A stretch of DNA of 64,000 bases from Bispira polyomma (taxonomy: Eukaryota), in contig OZ287749.1 in assembly GCA_965649765.1 (NCBI GenBank), positions 25,978,001 to 26,042,000 of the forward strand, read 5' to 3'. The translations under genes and the position numbers were made by a program. The notes beneath the pieces are model-generated. The model made no database searches, had not been told where the DNA came from, and saw nothing but the letters and a program-made list of their open reading frames with translations. This document shows positions 53,466 through 64,000 of the stretch, in pieces (positions within the stretch are counted from its first letter, which is position 1; each line of letters starts with the position of its first letter).

Positions 53466-54729
53466 ATTGTACTTGTTTAGAAGCTGCTTGGCATCAATAA
53501 GGCGCGGTAAAATTTACAATGCAATAAAATAATAATTTAGACAAAGTGCATGGGTGTCGGTTGGTGATGATTTTAACAAGGTGGCTGTTTTCAGGGCCTT
53601 ACTCTACCCCCATTGTGGCATGTGTGTGGTTTGAGCTGTGTAATTATACCTAAATGAGTTTGTGTTCCTTGCCCATACCAACACACTGCATTAAGACTTC
53701 TGAAAAGTGTGTGGGTGCTAAGAAAATATACAACTATTCCTGTGGTATAGGATATAGACATATCTACTATATATTAATAAGAAATGTTTGGGGAGGGGGG
53801 AATTTAAGAGGGGGGGGTATAGAAACAAGAGGATGAGAATACAAGGGGGGAAGAGGGAGAGGAGGGGGTGTGTACCTAAAAAAAAGAAACAAAAAGGGGC
53901 TCTCAAGAAGATGTAACTCGATCCCCTATCCTGCCTTTAAGATGCCATTTTAACACCAAACTTTAAGTCCAAACAACTTCATCTTAGATATAACCACTAT
54001 AACATTAATTTATTACACTTTTCTTTCTGCTTACTTAACATATATATGCCAAAAAGGGGATGAAACACATATGTATATATGATCATTGTATAAGTCTCTG
54101 TATTATATAGAGAAGGACAGAAAAAAGGAGGGGGGGGGGAGAGAATTAAGTAATAAAATACTACAAGTTTAAATAAAAAGCTGTATACAAGTGGTCTATT
54201 AATATGACACTTTACAAACACAGTAGTAGTAACACAAATAACAGCCTCCCCTCTCCCCACGTTACCCCCTCACTCCTATACCCCCCACCCTAACTACCCC
54301 CACCCTCATACCCCAATGGGTCTTGTTACCAAATCCTAACAGAGAGACACTGTAATTTGAGCCACTGTCTTCAGAAATCTTACACCACTGCGACAGCTTC
54401 AGCTCCAGGTTATATCAAACTCAGCCGCGATTTCTTGCTCCGATGAGTTCGCGTGTAGAAGTCAAATAATTTTGGACACAATATATATAAATATATAAAG
54501 TGCTGGAAGTATTTTTTTTTTCTGGTTAAAACTTTGTGACATGGCAGGCCGTTGAAGATGGTTTACCATTTCAATGTGTGTGAGGGTTTTTTAAATTTTG
54601 TAAGTCTTTCCAAGTTTCTTGAAGGTTCTTTAAATGCTTCAGAAAGTTGTTTTCAAAGAGGCACTGGATAAGTGTGTTATTCCAGAAAGCCACCAAAGAG
54701 AAATAATTTCACCAGGCGTATGAAACATG

Positions 54730-55255
54730 GCATCAGAAAATACCTATCCAATCAAACTGCCATAGTCATAGCAAATTCACTCATCAGCAGCCGATAGGAC
54801 TACTGCATTTCTCTGCTTCTGGGACTAAAGAAGTACCAACTGCAAAGGATGCAATCAATCCAGAATCACCTGTGCAGAGTTGTGTGCCATGTAGGATCTC
54901 GCGTCAATACAACTCAAAAGGCTCTATTGACTACCTGTCAAGTACCGCATCATTTTCAAGCCCAATTTTACTACATACAAAGCTGTAAACTTTTGTCAAC
55001 CCCCATATCTTGCCTCATTGCTGTCTTTCAGCAGGCTTACCAGGGGAAACAGATACAAGTCTCTGATACCAGAACTAGTAAATGGATTGGATCCTATGCC
55101 TTCTCTGTTGCAGCTACATTTTGCTCCTCCATATCACTCCCCGATCACGAATTTGCATTGGAAACGGAGTATGATTTTAACAACTTTGTCAATGATGTTG
55201 CACTTTAGAAGATGCCTGACATCAATTAGGCGCATTAAAAATATATCATATCATT
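54730..55255 (+). mobile_element. L2/CR1-superfamily LINE 3' relic
   Basis: IRKYLSNQTAIVIANSLISSR*DYCISLLLGL..YQLQRMQSIQNHLCRVV ... GSYAFSVAA, with stops and frameshifts. Confidence 0.82.
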
Positions 55256-55509
55256 AATTTAGAGTGAAAATAAGGGAAGTCAAAAGCAATAAGATGAAGT
55301 ATAGCCAATATTGGTAATAAGTGAAATGGATGACACAGATGGCACTCGGTAGCCTACATACCTCCACCAGTACCAGAACGTTTTTGAAAAAATCCTGGTT
55401 CCACTCGACTACCCAATCCCAATTTGATGGATTCTTCCTAAGTCCCTGCCCCAATTCCTTCAACAAAGTTCATATAGAACAGGTACCAAGCATCTTCTAA
55501 AGTGCACTA

Positions 55510-55600
55510 TCAGAATTGATAAACCAATAATCGTGATCGTATAATACATATTGGCAGTTGATTGATCGTCATCAATGGTATGTTCACATCTTGCCAAAGT
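55510..55600 (-). mobile_element. SINE family B body fragment
   Basis: Minus strand reads TTGGCAAGATGTGAACA...ATTGATGAC...ATGTATTATACGATCACGATTATTGGTTTATCAATTCT, matching 53400-53462. Confidence 0.6.
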
Positions 55601-55994
55601 GTAGACCGAGTTTTCTGTCTTTGACAGAGTTCTCTACTATAGCAAAACCTTGTAAATCTGACACGGCAGTTTACTATGTTCTCTACAATGGGAAATTTTC
55701 AGCAATATTTAAAAAATGATATATAAGTAATCATGTAGTTTTAAGTTAGCCATAAGTTATAGCATTGTGTACGGCTATTTGATTAATCAATGTACAACCA
55801 CAGACCAAATGGAAAGATGATAGTTTTTCTGTTATAGGTTTCAACATTACAATGATTTGCCAACTAAAAATCAAAGCATTGTGATGGACAGAAACCATTT
55901 CTAGCCGAAGTGATGTTATCCCCATTAATTATCATTATGATGTTACGAGAAGTCAAACCGGGGACCTTGTTAGCACCTCACATGTTCACAGCAT

Positions 55995-56090
55995 ACCCAA
56001 GGATGGTAGTTGTTTGTGTGTAATCCTGGTGGCAAACAAATAAACCAACAGACAATATCCAATACATAACCTGCTTGGCAGAAGTAACTA
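55995..56090 (-). mobile_element. HINE-like 5' end
   Basis: Minus strand reads TTACTTCTGCCAAGCAGGTTATGT...GTTGGTTTATTTGTTTGCCACCAGGATTACAC. The adjacent 56160-56480 carries repeated AGGTCA/ACCAAAT motifs typical of such elements. Confidence 0.55.
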
Positions 56091-57574
56091 TCCCCTTAAT
56101 GTCTGTGCTGAATATCAAACTGAGTTGACATTTATTTTCTGGGTTATAGTCTGGTAAATAATTTTAGGTCAAGAACATTCAAACAAAGGTCAAACAAACT
56201 AATATTACAAATTTGCAACTTTGTACCAAATCCAAAATTTCGTTCTGAATCTCTGGGGTTGGCTAAAGCTAAAAGTGAATCTTAGATTTGCCATTAATGT
56301 TAGACATCTACACCTCTTACTAAATATTATACCAAATCTTAAAAAAAACTTCATCTGGCAAGTTAACACAAAACAAAGGTCAAACTGAGGTCAGAAATGA
56401 ATTGCACATCAAAATTCCACAATACAGACCCCCCCTAATCTGAACAAAATCTTTCAAGGTCAAAATGAGGTCAACATGATATGCCCTAATAAGTTCTTAA
56501 TCTGAACCAATTATTCAAAAGTTCACAAACAAGCGTCAACATAACTTCAATCTAAAAAAAGGCCACATGCACATCCAGTTCTCACATATTTGTACTATGT
56601 TGGAATTAACTTCCTAATCAGTTCTATTCAACTATTTTCACAATATGCTACACTTTAAAACCAATACAATCTACTAAAACTTAACTACTTAACAAAATAA
56701 TTGCTTTTGTTTGGATCATTGTTAAAAGTATATTTGCAATCATTTACAAGGCTGGGCGTCAATTGGTACACAGGTGTTATCTGGTCTGCCACCGGCAGCC
56801 GGATCCCAGATCTTGACCAAGCCTGAAGGAAGGCTAATGATAAGGTTTATCATGGCATCGGAAATATAATATCACTTAGTACAGGAAATACTGTAGAAGT
56901 AAAAATTTAGGCTGGAACAAAAATTGCACTAATTTACAAATATTTTAGAAAAGCTTCGCTGCAATTAATTTACGCTTCTCACTATTTTTAGTTAAAATAC
57001 GATATAATACGCTTTCAAATTGTCACTATCTCAACTCATCAGCTAAAACAGCTAGAATTAATTCCTATGTGAAATGTTCAACTGATACAGTAGTTTGGAT
57101 AACCAGATATCTAGAAGATCCTTGTGTGTGGGAGTGAAGTTACAACTCAGGCGGGGCTTTAGTTATAATAGGCTTCTTAGATATGTTGGACCACAGCCAT
57201 TTTGAAAATAATATTCTGTGAGAGAAGCCTTTTCCTAAATATAACTTTTGTGCAAACCTGTCTATCTAAAGTGTTGCCCCTTGGCTTTTTAACTTTATTG
57301 TGTATATAAAATACTTTAATATTATTGTATACACACTATACAAACACTCTTATGTTGGGTAACTGATGTGAATATATTTCTCCTAAAAAAAAGTTGAATC
57401 ATCTGCAGACACACGAATCTACGCCCTGGTCATTTGCAAAGATTGCTCACTGTGTTTGGATAACATGTTCTAACAAATTTCATTGGCAGATGATTGTGGA
57501 TATGTGATTCCATCAGATTATATGATTGGATCAGACTGAACGAATCCAGGTGACTGGAAATATTTTGGGCATGG

Positions 57575-58082
57575 ACAACTTCTTTAATAACCATATTGCC
57601 AAGGTTTACCGTGCCTGTTACTATCATCGAAGTGACTTGCGACAAATTTGTAGATTTCTTAGCGCTGATATTGCAGTTGTGGTGGCAAATGCTATGGTCA
57701 GTAGTCCCTTGGACTACTGCTACTCTTTACTAAATGGGATCAGTAAAGCTTATAATGCCAAACCCTAGAGAGTCCAAAATGCTCTCTGTTTCACTTCGCC
57801 CTGAACAAAAAATTGGAAGGCGCAGCTTTGCTGTTGCTGCACCGCCAGAATGGAACAGGTTGCCACAAAATGTCAGATCCCAGCAGACACTATCACGTTT
57901 TCGAAGCCACCTCAAGACTCACTTGTTTAGACTGGCATATTACCCACCTTAGTTACTGCCTGGTTGGCGCTCACTTAGTAATGACCTGCGCTTGACAATG
58001 GACAATCCTTTTTTGGAATTCAGCGCATTAGAGGATTTTTATAAATTGTGCACTATATAAATGCTTCTATTATTATTATTAT
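57575..58082 (+). mobile_element. L2/CR1-superfamily LINE 3' relic (decayed ORF2 C-terminus + tail)
   Basis: Translates HIAKVYRACYYH..LRQI...ANAMVSSPLDYCYSLLNG and, after an internal deletion/frameshift, GRRSFAVAAPPEWNRLPQNVR....FRSHLKTHLF. Ends GTGCACTATATAAATGCTTC(TAT)n, typical of L2 tails. Confidence 0.88.
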
Positions 58083-59603
58083 AAAATCTATGCCATAACA
58101 ATACAAAGTACTAACCCTATAATATTCAGAAGCCATTCATAGGTTAGGTTACAAGTCGGGATCCCTAAAACTACCATGGAAATTCTTTGTTAGGACTATA
58201 CTTTTGTGATATATTGGCACTATATTTCTGATCCTATGTGAGCTTATACCGTACTGTGAGGGAAGTGATTTATTTGGCTCTGACACTTGAAATATCTTGA
58301 TCACAACTGAAAATGTAATGCACATGATAAATTCCATTCATAATTTGGAAATACAATAACTACTACTGCTGAAATGAAAGATGACCGTGCTTTGGATCTG
58401 TTGAATTCTGTTGAGTTGACAGATGATTCTGATTGGGTCCAGTGCCAGTATTCTCCAAAGAAACTTTAGGTGAAATTCAGACTCAACTCAAAGGCACACT
58501 TTGTGGAAGTCATTGTACATGGAAGTAACCTATACTTGTGACCACTTATTTTAATAGAGGTTTTAGAGCTGAATTGGAATATGCAGTCAGATTTTACTTA
58601 ACATCACTTTAGACCATAAGACAATGTACTATGGGACTTTTTGAAAGCTTCTGATAATCCGTGTTTCATAATGGTATGCATAATCTAACCAAAATATGAA
58701 CTTGGTTGCTTATGACAAAATGTGTCCAATAATCGGCAGTAGCAGTGTCTAGTACTAATACATATGATGATTCTGACTGTATTTATCATACGGTCTGTTA
58801 CTATAACTATACTGGTGCTGTAACATTTAGGGCCCAATAATAGTTAACTAACAGTCTACCCTAAATATAATAGTTAAAATCTCGGAGAAGCAATAATATT
58901 TTGACCCAAATATGGTGGTATTAAAATCATAATGACACATTAAATAGACCAGTATATTGATAACATACTCAAAAGCAATCTTTAGAGATTTATGCCCAGT
59001 CAAACTTCGGGTGGGGACTTAACTGTTGGCGGGCCTCATGAACTGTTACAGCACTAGTACAGTACATATGTACACTTAAATAACCCGACACCCCAGTACA
59101 CAAGGTTCGTGGCACATCTGTCCTCAGGATATATGTTTTACTTCTGTGGTCATACAGTTTGTGGGGTGTTTTTATATTAGTACACACAGACCATAGCTAA
59201 ACACCTATGTAACAACTTCATGTTTACTGTTTACTGGGGTAATATAAAAAAGGAATGCAACAATGTCACAACTAATGTAAGAGCTATTGTTGACAAGTCC
59301 ATACCACAAGTATGGAGAGTGCATTGGTTGTATGTCATATTGGACTGCATGTTTTAACAAAGGAGGTGTTATTTCTGAGTAATTGTTAATAAAAAGAAAC
59401 TGAGGTTGTTTTAACAGCCAATATACCACTCACCCAATGGATGAACTTTTACCTTTTAAGATTGTCAAGAGCAGCACTCATTATCGGGAGTAAACACCAA
59501 ACTGGCTGATAAAACCTTAGTCCATATGAAAAATTGTTAGGACAACAAGCAATAATGTTGTGTTTATCTTAACCACTATCAACACAAAAAACATGTGTTT
59601 AAA

Positions 59604-59772
59604 TGACGTCACAGGGTAACAATTTGTGTTATGACTAGTAAACATCCCGCCAACTATTCCTTAGTACTATTGCTTGTTCCTTGCTATGACGTCACAGGGT
59701 AACAGTTTGTGTTGTGACTAGTAAACATCCTGCCAACTATTCCTTGGTACTATTCCTTGTTCCCTGTTATGA
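59604..59772. repeat. 83-bp tandem duplication
   Basis: TGACGTCACAGGGTAACA..TTGTGTT.TGACTAGTAAACATCC.GCCAACTATTCCTT.GTACTATT at 59604 and 59687. Confidence 0.92.
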
Positions 59773-59887
59773 CTAATATTTATCTCTTTGCTGTGTTATA
59801 GTTACTTGATAAACGAAAATCAGACCAATCCAAAACTAATCAACATCTACAATCTTTGGACACAATCCTACTCATAATAAAATCTCT

Positions 59888-60005
59888 GTTGTCCAGTGGT
59901 TAGAACATTTCACTTTGGATCAGAGGGTCTCGGGATCGGTCCCCACTGCAGGTCTGGAGAGATTAAGCCCTCAGATAACATACTTGGCAAGAAGTTGTCA
60001 CACCT
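59888..60005 (+). mobile_element. Degenerate tRNA-SINE head (family-B-like)
   Basis: GTCCAGTGGTTAGAAC...GAGGGTCTCGGGATCGGTCCC...GATAACATACTTGGCAAG. Confidence 0.5.
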
Positions 60006-60079
60006 TCTAATTGTATGTGACAGCATAACTAGTGTGCTCCCTAAACAAGTTGAGAACAAAAAGTTGTTTGACAATGTTA

Positions 60080-60260
60080 AAATTTAAACTTTTATAGTGT
60101 TACAATCGTCAGGGCATTCTATGTGGCGCACATCCCAATCATAAGAAAAAGGTGCATGATCAGAGTCCAGTCATAATCAGAAGACTATTATGTTAAGGAA
60201 GAAAAGCCAATTGATACAAAATAGGTTTAGAGTTCTTTGAGAAAGCCTGTAAAGCTTGGT
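60080..60260 (-). mobile_element. L2-type 3' terminal fragment
   Basis: Minus strand TGTATCAATTGGCTTTTCTTCCTTAACAT (YQLAFLP*)...TTATGACTGGACTCTGATCATG matches 40438-40494 and 43124-43178. Confidence 0.65.
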
Positions 60261-60515
60261 TTCTTAGTTTCATCAGGTTACTTTGGACAATTTGACAATT
60301 AAATTTCCTAATATAAAAATTTAACTATAAATATTTGTGAATATCAACCCTGGGCTGGTAAACTACAAATATTCTTAATAGTTTGCCTCAACCAATTTGA
60401 TTGGCCAGAAATATTGTTTCAAAGAATGTGATTGGCTGAGACAAGACAATTTTTGGAATATTTGTAAAGTGGCTTAAGGCTCTCTGCCTTATTTGCAAGC
60501 TAGATTTCACATTGA

Positions 60516-60784
60516 ATTTTTTTTTTTTTTTTGAATTGGGATATTTAACGTTCATTCTAGGACCTGTTTAGGTTATATTGGGACGGGCAGTTGGTAACCC
60601 TGGAGGAAACACTGCATACAGTTGATCAAGGTTCTGCACTGAAACCAGCGGCCCACAGTAAGGAACTACCACCTTTCCCACATAGGCATCAACGGGAGTC
60701 GAACCCACGCCAGCCGATCCCAGAGGTGAGAGACCAGTGATTGTGAAGCGCAATGCTTGCTAACCACTAGGCCACGGCGGCCCC
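60516..60784 (-). mobile_element. tRNA-derived SINE family A, copy 3 (poly-A tail, perfect TSD)
   Basis: Reverse complement of copies 1 and 2. T-tract at 60517-60532. Perfect 14-bp TSD AGATTTCACATTGA at 60502-60515 and 60785-60798. Confidence 0.93.
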
Positions 60785-60904
60785 AGATTTCACATTGATG
60801 CTAGTAGTGCTATACAAACTGGAAGAAACAATTTGAACCAGATGTTAATGCTCAACATCTGAATTGATTAGTTGTATTCACATAATAATATTCATGTTCT
60901 GCTT

Positions 60905-61100
60905 CCCATATGTCTTGTGTCATATTTAGGTGGTTAGTTTCCTGGTAGAGGATATCAGAGCTAGGGAGTTGGCTTAAGGCTAACTTCTCTGTTAACCACC
61001 AACTTTTTGTAAAGTGTACAGCCAACTTCTCAACATACTTTTTACCAGGACTAAGATTTGAACCCACGACTGCAGAGGCTGGGGGTGAATGTGTCATCCC
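60905..61100 (-). mobile_element. Degenerate family-A-related SINE
   Basis: Minus strand reads GCCTCTGCAGTCGTGGGTTCAAATC...GTTGGTGGTT...AAACTAACCACC...ATATGAC. Confidence 0.55.
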
Positions 61101-61143
61101 ACATGGTGATTTAGTGATGATAAGCATCAGCTTTAATATAACT

Positions 61144-61330
61144 AGCCTCTCACCCCAAAGGACAATGGGTTTGAATCCCACTGCTCAGTTCATGTGGGAA
61201 AGATTACCAGGTCCTTGCCGTGTGTCGGTGGTTTCCAGTTCAAATAGTAACAGTGTCCTCCACTAATAAATGTGGACGACATCACAATAGGACCATAGAT
61301 GTTAAGAAAGTGATGTAAATTTAAAAAATC
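61144..61330 (+). mobile_element. Degenerate family-A-related SINE
   Basis: GCCTCTCACC...GGGTTTGAATCCC...CATGTGGGAAAG...GTCGGTGGTTTCC...CCTCCACTAATAAA...AAAGTGATGTAAA. Confidence 0.7.
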
Positions 61331-62194
61331 AATCGAAAAATAGACTTATTTGTTCTTCTTTATGGTTGTGGCTTGTAGAGATAGGATTAACCGGATCAAA
61401 ATTAAATCTTAGACCTAATTCTAAAGTTTTAACTAAATTCTAGAATTAATTGGCCATGGCGCTGCCATCTTAAAAGTTAGTTCCCCAAACTATCACAGCA
61501 TCATGGTTAAGTGTAATGCTTAGGGTTTAGCGTTATGTATTCATTCGCCAAATCCAATATAGCTGCGTACTGTCCAGTGAATTGTAAAAGCGTTCCAATA
61601 ATAGTTCTATTGGTATGGTCCACATATAGCTTTTTTAAATATTTTACCGGAAGACATAAAGAAACAACAAAACTATAGAGCTGTGAGACTTTATTATTGG
61701 AAAGATAAGTTTTGCTAGTTAAAAGTCTCAATGACCAATAAAGTTTAAAAGAAAGGAAGTTTAAAGTAAATAGTAGGTGTAATTACATCTATAATATAGT
61801 ATATAAAGTTATGTGTAGTGAGTTGGCAATATTAAATTACATTAATTTCATAGAAATAGGTGCGTGTAAGGCTTTAACTTCACTAATTTACATAATAAAT
61901 ATATGAAAATATGCCATAATTTCTGCAATATAAGCCTCTGTGGCTCTGTGCGGGTTTTTCCAAAAAAAGGAGGGGGAGGGGGGGGGGGGGTTGTGGAAAG
62001 GGCTATTATACCCACAGGTGACACAGGTGAATGAAATTTACACACCGATAAACATTATTAGATAATTATTTAATACAGGGGCCGCTTATTTACAATCAAT
62101 CCTTAGTCTTAAAGTTTTGACATAGTTTTAAGATGTTGGTATTTGTCTCAGTGACAGTAAGAAAAATATATTATTGCATATTGACAGTTGGTAT

Positions 62195-62361
62195 TTGGTG
62201 ATCTAAAACTCTCTTTTAAAAGGGGACTGCAATGTTGATATGTAGTGATCTAAAGCTTTCTTTTAAAAGGGAAGGGGTAGATATGTAGTTATCTAAAACT
62301 CTCTTTAAAAATGGCGAGGGCTTTAATTAGAGAGAGGGCCTTTACTACAGAAAATACGGTA
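62195..62361. repeat. Three about 43-bp repeats ending in a MITE-like terminus
   Basis: GT(G/T)ATCTAAA.CT.TCTTT.AAAA.GG occurs three times, then AGAAAATACGGTA. Only one TIR-like end is visible. Confidence 0.5.
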
Positions 62362-64000
62362 TGTATTATCTTTTTTATCAATCTATAAATAAGCAGACAT
62401 AACACATCGTGTGACTGTGGCTCTAATCATTAATATTTAAAACTGATCTCATTTTTTCAACTGTATATTTGGTTTGTAACTTGATACTTTTCAAAATACT
62501 TAAAGACTGACATAGTTCAAACATTACTGCATTTTAGACATAGTAAAAAACTGTATTGAATAATTTGAATAGCAGAAAAAAAAATATAAATTTCTGAAAT
62601 TTAAAGTGTTATTTCAGAAGTCATTATTTATATCAAACTTATCAAACTGAAAGACCATTTCGTAGAGTTTATACCTCCTTGAGTCTCCAAAGTGTAAAAT
62701 TTAAAACAGCTTTACACCAAAATCTGCCCCAAAATTGAAATGTTCTTTCTTGACTTTTGTCCTAACCCTCCTACGAATGCATGATAATAGATTACTTAAA
62801 GAATAATTTATAGTTCAAATATAACCAAATTTTTATATACAGTAATAAAAAATAAATCATATCATTTGACTAGTGTCTCGGATGGCCACTTAAAATGGCA
62901 GTCCCCTTATACCCATTTAAATCGAAACTAAAACCATTTAACTGTAGAATGTAGTTTTCATTTCAGATATTGACTATTTAATGGACTACTATTACATCCT
63001 AGCATTTTAAACATTTACAATGATATATAATTTATCTTGCATAGTTTTATATTTATTCATATTGACAAATGATGAAAAGCAAGACTTAAGTCAAATACAT
63101 TTTATGCCAGAAAAGAAAAGAAACATAAAATCAAGATGAAAAAACAACCAAACAAACCAACAATGGTCATAAATAATCTAGTTGAAAACTGTTAAAATGC
63201 AGTATTTGCCTTTCAAAACATTAGGTCCTTTAAAAATCCAAGATGTGCAGACAGCATTTTAACATCTCTTGTATGGACCTTCATAATACCAAAAGGCTGG
63301 AGGTGAGAATCAATGGGTCCTTAATTAACTACAGGGTGAAGAGGGCAATGCTGGACTATTTACAAGCTGTTACAGAAAAACCTTTCTACCCAAGTAAAGA
63401 TAGCCTTGTGTAAGTCTCATTGAAGCTAATGCACTTTATTACATCTATACAAATTACTTTTGTTGATAAAATGGCAGGAAGAATGTCAATTAAAATTTTC
63501 TTTTTTGAAGCAAATATTTTGCACAACTAATCTAAAGCTAGCATTATTACACAGTATGTTGTTAGAAATAGAAATAGTTGGGCCAAAAACCCCAAACCTC
63601 TTCTTAAAATTTTGAGATGGAGTTATAGTGACGTCACATTGGTACCTGTAAACTGCATTCTAGCTGTATTATTTGATCAATTTATTTTATTTGAAATATA
63701 AAAGTTACCTTCATCTACAGTGTACATTATATCTGCACTGCAAACAACCACCCTTCAGAAAGTTTACTGATAATTTTTCCACATACACACCGCGGTCAAG
63801 GTTCAAACTGACTGTCAAAAAGTGTAAATCAGCACTATACCAGATAAAGTTAGATAAACTATAACTTTGAATACAATACAATTGTGGTGTCGATTTTTGA
63901 ACATTTATATAGAAAACTGGAGACTTATTATGTTTGATTTATTATATTTAATTTTCAGTTTAATATTGTTGTACAATGGGCAGTTATTGGTGGAAGAAAG

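Noticed and set aside
57005-57050. Minus-strand CTGATGA...GAAA hammerhead candidate
   Set aside because: Stem II is out of register by two bases, and there is no stem I or Penelope-like context.
58340-59500. Possible decayed transposase or polymerase coding remnants
   Set aside because: Only vague short motifs (e.g. DWVQC). A family cannot be assigned without tBLASTx or HMM searches.
60390-60440. Triple CCAAT/ATTGG cluster as a promoter
   Set aside because: It sits between LINE and SINE relics, and GATTGG motifs are common inside non-autonomous transposons.

Overview
Eukaryotic, AT-rich genomic DNA, probably from a lophotrochozoan invertebrate (mollusc-like; inferred only from repeat families and G-tract style). 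There is one protein-coding gene, a two-exon NK2.1-class homeobox gene (Nkx2.1/TTF-1/scarecrow family) on the + strand: CDS 8374-8812 + 13906-14753, 428 aa, with a 5.1-kb phase-1 GT-AG intron. The rest of the window is about 8 kb of upstream sequence and a roughly 49-kb downstream gene desert. It holds motif-dense candidate enhancer islands often flanked by poly-G/C tracts, two tRNA-derived SINE families, L2/CR1-type LINE 3' relics, Helentron/HINE-like and MITE-like relics, a 29-bp minisatellite with higher-order structure, several short tandem duplications and a 309-nt assembly gap. No prokaryotic features (CRISPR, operons) are present. The best leads are: (1) a cluster of NK2 sites in the gene's own intron plus a palindromic NK2 site downstream (possible autoregulation); (2) a decayed Penelope-like element with a hammerhead-like core and three miR-9 seeds in the putative long 3'UTR; (3) an in-frame alternative splice acceptor and upstream ORFs; (4) a modular SINE family. 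All counts were made by eye and no database searches were run.
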